Shown here: positions 6,304-12,477 of the stretch, one piece after another
Layout of the letters: each line of letters begins with the position of its first letter
Position numbering within the stretch: the first letter of the stretch is position 1
Source of the DNA: Candidatus Hodarchaeota archaeon
Lineage (GTDB): Archaea > Asgardarchaeota > Heimdallarchaeia > Hodarchaeales > Hodarchaeaceae
DNA: 12,477 bases
NCBI GenBank assembly: GCA_016840035.1
Contig: JAEOTC010000099.1
Span: forward strand, 1-12,477
Reading direction: 5' to 3'
The notes under the pieces: model-generated
Database searches by the model: none
What the model saw: the letters and a program-made list of their open reading frames with translations, nothing else
Told to the model about the DNA's origin: nothing
Made by a program: the position numbers and the translations under genes

Positions 6304-7755
6304 TTACATTAGCTTATGTGTGAAGTGGTAAAAACCACTGGTTTCATATAAGAATTGGACGATGATTACGACTGCGAGTAAACTTAATCCTATACAGAAT
6401 GTCATAACACCAAGAGACCCAAATGTCTCAAAAATATATCCACCGCCAACTGTACCTAATATAGAGCCAGTTGACATTAATGCAGATGTAAATCCCATTT
6501 CTCTTCCTCTGTTTCCCTCTTTTGTGACGTCTGTGATTAAAGCCAAAGAAGCTGAACCGAATCCAGAAGCAGAAATAAGAAATATCAGAAGTAGCAAGAT
6601 AATTAGAAGGTGAGGGATATGTAGTACAATTCCAGGAGCAAATTCAAGTGGTTTACTCAATCCAAGCGAGAAAGGATTATTTAGCAAATTAATGAAGCTT
6701 TCTGGTTCAAGTCGTAGAATTGCAGCAAAAATAACTAAAAGCAGACTTGTTCCAACACAACCAAGAATGAGAAGTGGTTTTCGACCAATATTATCAGAAA
6801 GCTTTCCTAATGTTGGTTGCAAAACTCCCATAATTCCTACTCCTACTAACGCTACGAATCCAATCGTGGAAGCACCTACACCTCCTGCAGTGACTTCCTT
6901 TAAGATTACTGGAGCATAGGTTCCTCCTGCACCCACCAAAGTTGTATAGGCTAGCATAACAAATGCGAATTTTCTGAATTGTTTATTTTTTAAGCTTTGA
7001 AGCATTGCTTTAAACGGGTTTATGCCAGGATCTTCAGGTTCTGAAAGGTTCTCAAATTGAAGTACATCCGCCTCTTCTTCTTTCTTTTCGATTTTTGCTC
7101 TTTTTGGTTCATAGAATCGAAGTAAGTATAATGAAGATGCGAGGAGAAATAGAAATGTAAATATGAAGAATGAATTTTCCAATAATAAGTCCCAAGCAAT
7201 TCCACCGATTAAGAATCCACTAGCCCCACCACCTGAACGAGCTAAATAAAACTTCCCCATTGTTTCTCCATGGTTTCTTTCAGGCGCAAGATCAGCAAAC
7301 ATGGATAAAACAGGTCCAGATAGCATCGCAGATGCTAATCCTTTAAGGGCACTTGCAGAAAATAAGATCCAAAATCCATAAGTTAGGGTAGTATATTCAG
7401 TAAATATAATTGGAAAAGGTATGAAAGTTAAACCCGCTAGAAACGTCCCCGTTACTAGTAAGGGTTTTCTACCAATTTTATCACTGACTGAACCGAAAAA
7501 AGAGGCAGTCGATAATGATACAAGATAATAGACAGATAATATCATAGGTAGCTCTGCATTCGCAAAAAAACTTTGACTTCTCTCCGGTAATTCAAGAAAA
7601 TAAAGAGGTAAACAGATTACTGAGGAGGAAAAAGCCGACTCTGTAATTGCAACGATCAAGAGGAGTAATCTAACCTGCTCTCGTAATAAAAAAGTGATGG
7701 GTTGACCGAAAAAAAGTAATGTATCCTTGGGTAATGATAACGATTTACGGAGCAT
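6304..7755 (-). CDS. Major facilitator superfamily transporter (about 12 TM, DHA1/TetA-like)
   Basis: Motif A in both halves (GSVSDKIGRKPLL, GKLSDNIGRKPLL); ADLAPERNHGETMG and TDVTKEGNRGREMG loops; charged central linker; hydrophobic helices. Substrate cannot be determined. Confidence 0.92.
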   Translation of the reverse strand: MLRKSLSLPKDTLLFFGQPITFLLREQVRLLLLIVAITESAFSSSVICLPLYFLELPERSQSFFANAELPMILSVYYLVSLSTASFFGSVSDKIGRKPLLVTGTFLAGLTFIPFPIIFTEYTTLTYGFWILFSASALKGLASAMLSGPVLSMFADLAPERNHGETMGKFYLARSGGGASGFLIGGIAWDLLLENSFFIFTFLFLLASSLYLLRFYEPKRAKIEKKEEEADVLQFENLSEPEDPGINPFKAMLQSLKNKQFRKFAFVMLAYTTLVGAGGTYAPVILKEVTAGGVGASTIGFVALVGVGIMGVLQPTLGKLSDNIGRKPLLILGCVGTSLLLVIFAAILRLEPESFINLLNNPFSLGLSKPLEFAPGIVLHIPHLLIILLLLIFLISASGFGSASLALITDVTKEGNRGREMGFTSALMSTGSILGTVGGGYIFETFGSLGVMTFCIGLSLLAVVIIVQFLYETSGFYHFTHKLM

Positions 7756-8119
7756 TTTATCTTTTCCTTTCGTCCTCTAGGGTATTTAATTATTATCTTT
7801 GCAGATTAAACTAATCTAACTGCTTGAATGTATTTATCGGAGGATGAACACACTTTCTATATACATGGGAAGATATTTGATTTTAGTTACGGGTTCCAAG
7901 TCTGTTTATTTTTGTGATTTTCGTAAGTTGTTGTCACTTTTTTTAGATATAATAACGTTCCATTACTATAAGACTCTAGTCTTAGATTGGGATAAATAAG
8001 GAATATTTAAAATTTATCCGATATTGGATTCTGTTTCGAGTACGAAATCACCTTTCTTATTCAACATAAAAATAATGAGTCTAACTTAGTGTATCCTTCA
8101 AATTGAGGTTATTAGAATT
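7756..8119. promoter_or_regulatory. Divergent intergenic promoter region (MFS / GTPase paralog 3)
   Basis: AT-rich 364-nt gap between divergent genes, with TATA-like tracts, inverted repeats TAAGACT-ct-AGTCTTA (7969-7984) and GGATAAAT-n14-ATTTATCC (7990-8019), and GAGGT at 8105-8109. Confidence 0.5.
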
Positions 8120-9022
8120 ATGAAAATCTCACTAGTCGGTCTTAGCGGTTGTGGTAAAACTTCCATTTATTCAACAACATTCGGAGGAATGACTCCTTTA
8201 GAAGTCAAAGACCTCGGTCCCACGGTAATGTATGAAGTCAAGAGTCACAATTACCTCGGAATTCAAGTCTCATTATGGGATTTTGGGGGGCAGGAAAAGT
8301 ATCGTCAAAGTTATCTAGAAACACCAAAGTTATTAGCAAATACATCGATTTTGGTATTTGTTCTTGATCTTCATCATCCAGAAAACTTTGACATAGCAAA
8401 TGAATACTTTGACAATGTCTATTCGGCAATTAAAGAACAGGGAGGAGATCCTCGTATTAAGATCTTCTACCATAAATATGATACCGAGGAGTATACCAAA
8501 GAAGCTCTTGAGGAGAATCTCTCAAAGGCAAAGCAACTACCATTCATAGTAAAATATACGCCACGCGAGTTTCTAACATCTGTTTACCGGCAAGAGGAAT
8601 TAAGTGATTTCTTGAAGCAAATCTTAATTGCTGATTTTGATGAGCTAAAGAAAAGCGTTGAAGGTGCTCAAGAATTCCTTTCAAAACTGAAATCTAAAAT
8701 AATTATTACTGATGTCAATGGAAACGTTATTACACATAATATAGAAGGTTTTGCGACTGGGATTCAACTCCGTGAGGATCTACGAGAATATATTTTTGCC
8801 TGTAATGTCTTGCGTGAAAATTTCTTAACTTCAGAATCAGGATCATTTTCTGCTAGCTCTGAGGCAAAGAAGTTAAAGGTATATATCTATAATTATGTTC
8901 TGACCGTCTTAATTATGATGGATGAACATGAACCAGCTGATCCGCAGGATTCTATCAATGAATTATTGAAAGAGATGGAACTATTTGCAGAATTGCTTGT
9001 AGAGATGAGCAGTGAAGAATAA
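8120..9022 (+). CDS. Rag/Gtr-like small GTPase with C-terminal roadblock/longin-like domain (paralog 3)
   Basis: G1 GLSGCGKTS, switch I GPTV, G3 WDFGGQ, LVFVLD, G4 HKYD, G5 TSVY. C-terminal IIITDVNGNVI...LKVYIYNYVLTVLIM...INELLKEMELFAELL. GAGGT upstream. Confidence 0.88.
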   Translation: MKISLVGLSGCGKTSIYSTTFGGMTPLEVKDLGPTVMYEVKSHNYLGIQVSLWDFGGQEKYRQSYLETPKLLANTSILVFVLDLHHPENFDIANEYFDNVYSAIKEQGGDPRIKIFYHKYDTEEYTKEALEENLSKAKQLPFIVKYTPREFLTSVYRQEELSDFLKQILIADFDELKKSVEGAQEFLSKLKSKIIITDVNGNVITHNIEGFATGIQLREDLREYIFACNVLRENFLTSESGSFSASSEAKKLKVYIYNYVLTVLIMMDEHEPADPQDSINELLKEMELFAELLVEMSSEE

Positions 9023-9237
9023 TTAAATAATTATTGATAGTAAACCATAATTTTCAGATATCATTAATTTACTATTGTTTTCTTGGTCAGATCAGAATAA
9101 ATTATTTATACCATATCAATAACAATGGTTTCCGTTGTTTCCAGTAACTTTTAACACATTCTAACCAGAAACTCACATCATAATTATATTACCAGTGGAA
9201 AATAACATTAGTAAGGCAACATTGGAGACGTTCAGAA

Positions 9238-9735
9238 GTGGTTGCAGCAGAAGCTCTAGATTCAACAGTTCACAAGATATTGAACTCAAGGGAGAAAGAG
9301 AGAAAGCACTTGATTCCTATTTTACAGGATATACAGAAAGAATATGGCTATTTATCCAAGGAAAATATGATCAGAATCAGCGAATATCTTGAAATGTCAC
9401 CCAACGAAGTATATGGAGTCGCTTCCTTCTATCAGCAATTTAAATTCATTAAACCCGGTAAACATATAATTTCTGTATGTTTAGGAACTGCTTGCTTTGT
9501 TAAAGGGGGTAATGTTCTCGCAGAAACGGTAAGAACAAAATTAGGAATCGAACCTGGTGAAACAACAGAAGATGGACTGTTTAGTTTCGAAAGAGTAGCA
9601 TGTTTGGGCTGTTGTGCCTTATCTCCGGTTGTTCAAATTGATAATGAGATCTACGGTCAAGTAAAACCTTCAAAATTACTTCGGCTGATTGAACGTATGA
9701 TTAAGAAAGAAAAATCAGAGGAGGCATCAAAATGA
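9238..9735 (+). CDS. nuoE: NuoE/HydC-like [2Fe-2S] subunit
   Basis: GTG start; LIPILQDIQKEYGYL, YGVASFY, CLGTAC and CLGCC [2Fe-2S] motifs; ATGA overlap with the next gene. Confidence 0.93.
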   Translation: MVAAEALDSTVHKILNSREKERKHLIPILQDIQKEYGYLSKENMIRISEYLEMSPNEVYGVASFYQQFKFIKPGKHIISVCLGTACFVKGGNVLAETVRTKLGIEPGETTEDGLFSFERVACLGCCALSPVVQIDNEIYGQVKPSKLLRLIERMIKKEKSEEASK

Positions 9736-11570
9736 CTCAAGCAGATTCACTGTCTCGATTTTCTCAAACAACTATACTAATTTGCAAAGGAACAGGATGT
9801 GTTTCCACTAAATCAGACGAAATCAGTGAGGAATTCGAGGAACAGCTGAAGAACTTTAATTTGCAGGATAAAGTGAAGGTAGATTTTACAGGTTGTCATG
9901 GATTCTGCGCTCAAGGTCCGATTGTTATTGTTGAACCAGAAGGTATAATGTATGCACAGGTAAAAACCCCTAATGTTGCGAAGATTGTTGCTTCACATCT
10001 TAAAGATGGAACACCAGTTGAAGAGCTCTTTTTTGTTGATCCCAAACTGAATAAACGTATTGGAAAATATAATGAAATTGATTTTTATAGCAAACAAACA
10101 AGGATGATTTTAGGAAATTGCGGCCATATTAATCCAGAGAATATTGATGATTATATTGAAACTGGCGGTTATTCGGGGTTAAGGAACGCTTTAGAGAAGA
10201 CTCCAGAAGAAATCATCAAAATCATCAAAGATTCAGGTCTGAGAGGAAGAGGTGGTGCAGGATTTTCTACTGGGTTGAAATGGCAATTTTGTCATAATGC
10301 TCCTGGAAGTCAGAAGTATGTAATTTGTAATGCTGATGAAGGTGATCCTGGTGCATTCATGGACCGATCTTTACTTGAGGCTGATCCCCATAGTGTTTTA
10401 GAGGGAATGATAATCGGAGCATTTGCTATTGGTGCTTCTCATGGTATAATATACGTTCGTGCTGAATATCCACTTGCAATAAAGCGCTTCACTCGTGCTC
10501 TTGAAACTGCCACGGAACTTGGATTCTTAGGTGATAACATATTAAATTCTGGCTTTTCTTTTGATATATCTGTCCATGAAGGCGCGGGAGCGTTTGTTTG
10601 CGGGGAAGAGACGGCATTAATGGCATCTATAGAAGGAGAAAGAGGTAATCCGAGAACCAGGCCACCATATCCTGCAACTTCAGGACTTTGGGGAAACCCT
10701 ACAAACATAAATAATGTCAAAACTTGGGCATCCGCTGCCTGGATTTTTAAAAACGGATGGGAGAAATTTCACGAAATAGGAGTTGAAAATGCAACAGGTA
10801 CAGCGATTTTTTCGTTGACTGGGAAAGTGAAAAATTTGGGTCTAATAGAAGTCCCAATGGGTACTCCTTTGAAAGAGATTGTATATGATATTGGTGGCGG
10901 AATATTAGATGACAGAGATTTTAAGGCTGTTCAGACAGGTGGTCCGTCTGGCGGATGTCTTCCACCAAGCCACTTGGATTCACCAGTTGATTTTGAAACG
11001 ATGGCTGCATCAGGGAGTATAATGGGTTCTGGAGGAATGATAGTTCTTGATGAAACTAATTGCATGGTGAAACTAGCTCATTATTTTCTCACATTTACCC
11101 AAGCTGAGTCTTGTGGTAAGTGTATTCCTTGTAGAATAGGAACACGAGCCATGTTGCTGATTTTAGATAAAATTATAACTGGAAAAGGCGAAGATAAGGA
11201 TTTAATGCTTCTAGAGGAGCTTGCTTATACTGTAAAAATGGGATCTCTATGTGCATTGGGACAGACTGCGCCAAATCCAGTATTAACAACACTAAAATAT
11301 TTCCGGAACGAATATCAATCACATATTTTCGACAAACGGTGTATAGCCAAGGATTGTCAAGATCTAATCAATTATGTAATTGATGAGTCTTTGTGTAATG
11401 GATGTACAACATGCGCACGGAATTGCCCCGTTAATGCTATAACTGGAGAAAAAGGACAAGTTCATTTTATCGATACTTCTGAATGTGTAAAATGTGGTAT
11501 CTGCTATTCAAGTTGTCCAAAAACAGCTATCTACAAAGAAGATAGGCCATTTGAGGTGATAGAACAATGA
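9732..11570 (+). CDS. nuoF: NuoF/HydB-like FMN/NADH-binding subunit, long form with N-terminal [2Fe-2S] and C-terminal 2x[4Fe-4S] domains
   Basis: CKGTGC/GCHGFC, GLRGRGGAGF, NADEGDPGAFMDR, GAGAFVCGEETAL, GGPSGG, ESCGKCIPCRIG...LC, and two CxxCxxCxxxCP motifs. GGAGG upstream. Confidence 0.95.
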   Translation: MTQADSLSRFSQTTILICKGTGCVSTKSDEISEEFEEQLKNFNLQDKVKVDFTGCHGFCAQGPIVIVEPEGIMYAQVKTPNVAKIVASHLKDGTPVEELFFVDPKLNKRIGKYNEIDFYSKQTRMILGNCGHINPENIDDYIETGGYSGLRNALEKTPEEIIKIIKDSGLRGRGGAGFSTGLKWQFCHNAPGSQKYVICNADEGDPGAFMDRSLLEADPHSVLEGMIIGAFAIGASHGIIYVRAEYPLAIKRFTRALETATELGFLGDNILNSGFSFDISVHEGAGAFVCGEETALMASIEGERGNPRTRPPYPATSGLWGNPTNINNVKTWASAAWIFKNGWEKFHEIGVENATGTAIFSLTGKVKNLGLIEVPMGTPLKEIVYDIGGGILDDRDFKAVQTGGPSGGCLPPSHLDSPVDFETMAASGSIMGSGGMIVLDETNCMVKLAHYFLTFTQAESCGKCIPCRIGTRAMLLILDKIITGKGEDKDLMLLEELAYTVKMGSLCALGQTAPNPVLTTLKYFRNEYQSHIFDKRCIAKDCQDLINYVIDESLCNGCTTCARNCPVNAITGEKGQVHFIDTSECVKCGICYSSCPKTAIYKEDRPFEVIEQ

Positions 11571-12477
11571 ACAAATGGATGAATATAAACGGAAGACGGG
11601 TTGTATTCGAAGAAGGGGAGACTGTGCTAGAAGTTGCCACTAAAGCAGGATTTTACATCCCTACACTTTGTGCAAGACCAGATCTTCCTTCATTTGGAGC
11701 ATGCAGATTATGTATTATTGATGTAGAAGGAGCTCGAACATATCCTAATTCTTGTACATTACCTGCCAGGGAAGGGATGGTCGTGAGAACTGCTACTCCT
11801 GATTTGCAGGCGGTACGTCGTAATGTATTTCAACTCATACTTGCTGAACATCCTAGTTACTGTATCATCTGTAAGGAACATGATGAGTGTGAGAAAGTTC
11901 GTCATGGTGAATACAAAGCTGGACGAGTTATTGGATGCTTCACTTGTAGTAACAAAGAAATCTGCGAAATCCGAGAAATTTCTGAATATTTAAGAATTAA
12001 AGAAATACGATATCCCATGCTTTATAAGAACTTACCCTTAGAACGGGATGATCCCTTCTTAATAAGAGATTATAATCTGTGTATTTTGTGTGCAAGATGT
12101 GTTAGGGCCTGTCAAGATGTTTTAGGATATAGTGCTATAGATTTAACAAAACGTGGCCACGATACTAAGATCGGGACAATTTCTGAAGTATCTCACCTTG
12201 AAAGTGGATGTGTATTTTGTGGACATTGTATCGATGTTTGCCCTACAGGTGCCCTCATTGCGCGGGGTTCAACATGGTTTGGTACCCCAGATAAATCTGT
12301 CACCACTACATGTAATCTATGCTCCCATGGTTGTCAAATGGTAATAGATATTAAATGGGATAAAGTTGTAAACGTACATCCTCCATATGAATTATCTGCT
12401 CGTCGTGAATACTGTGTTAAAGGACGTTTTTGTATTCCCGCTTTAGTTAATAGTCGTGATCGGCTGAAATACCCTAC
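11567..12477 (+). CDS. NuoG/FdhA-like molybdopterin-oxidoreductase alpha subunit, 3'-truncated
   Basis: Not in the ORF track. ATG at 11567 overlaps the nuoF stop (ATGA), with GAGGTGA upstream, and the frame is open to the window end. Motifs: IPTLC...GACRLC...SC [2Fe-2S], HPSYCIICKEHDEC, CILCARCVRAC, CVFCGHCIDVCPTGAL, then TTCNLCSHGC...CVKGRF...DRLKYP, the Fe4S4 domain of Mo/W-bisPGD enzymes. Confidence 0.9.
   Translation, partial: MNKWMNINGRRVVFEEGETVLEVATKAGFYIPTLCARPDLPSFGACRLCIIDVEGARTYPNSCTLPAREGMVVRTATPDLQAVRRNVFQLILAEHPSYCIICKEHDECEKVRHGEYKAGRVIGCFTCSNKEICEIREISEYLRIKEIRYPMLYKNLPLERDDPFLIRDYNLCILCARCVRACQDVLGYSAIDLTKRGHDTKIGTISEVSHLESGCVFCGHCIDVCPTGALIARGSTWFGTPDKSVTTTCNLCSHGCQMVIDIKWDKVVNVHPPYELSARREYCVKGRFCIPALVNSRDRLKYP

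Noticed and set aside
7060-7085. Dileucine-like sorting signal (EEEADVL) in the MFS central loop
   Set aside because: It does not match [DE]xxxL[LI], and acidic linkers are common in MFS proteins.
6362-7205. ORFs 6362..6613 (+), 6692..6919 (+) and 7020..7205 (-)
   Set aside because: Nested within the MFS gene; antisense or alternative-frame artefacts.
951-9022. Ras/Rab/Rho identity or prenylation of the GTPases
   Set aside because: HKxD G4, DxGGQ, TS[IV][YF] G5 and long C-terminal domains point to the Rag/Arf-related group; there is no CAAX or CC terminus.
8238-12344. ORFs 8238..8429 (-), 9195..9392 (+), 10439..10720 (-) and 12153..12344 (+)
   Set aside because: They overlap strongly supported CDSs in another frame or strand and have no independent evidence.
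11567-12477. [FeFe]-hydrogenase HydA or respiratory complex I assignment
   Set aside because: After the ferredoxin domain the protein enters a Mo-bisPGD Fe4S4 domain, not an H-cluster domain. No membrane nuo genes are visible, and the long HydB-type beta subunit is not the complex I form.
1-12477. CRISPR arrays, tRNA/rRNA genes, IS elements, tandem repeats, selenocysteine read-through
   Set aside because: By eye I found no regularly spaced repeats, cloverleaf-like GC-rich segments, transposase ORFs or in-frame TGA at conserved Cys positions.

Overview
AT-rich archaeal DNA, most likely from an Asgard archaeon. This is inferred from several Rag/Gtr-like GTPase-roadblock fusions, an archaeal-type TrpRS and GAGGT/GGAGG Shine-Dalgarno motifs. 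The minus strand carries an MFS transporter, trpS, and then a tightly packed putative operon: Rag-like GTPase 1 (intact motifs), a Rag-like pseudo-GTPase with a roadblock-like tail, a longin/uDENN-like protein fused to a gelsolin-like domain, Rag-like GTPase 2 (intact motifs, polybasic N-terminus), and an unknown protein that overlaps or frameshifts into a further ORF running off the window. The plus strand carries a third intact Rag-like GTPase followed by NuoE/HydC, NuoF/HydB and a truncated NuoG/FdhA-like molybdopterin-family alpha subunit, probably a flavin-based electron-bifurcating complex. The main candidate for an undescribed system is the 951-4695 cluster. It resembles a prokaryotic Rag GTPase module with its own NPRL2/FLCN-like longin GAP candidate and a pseudo-GTPase scaffold, next to an aminoacyl-tRNA synthetase and a transporter. 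All domain calls come from reading motifs by eye; no searches were run.
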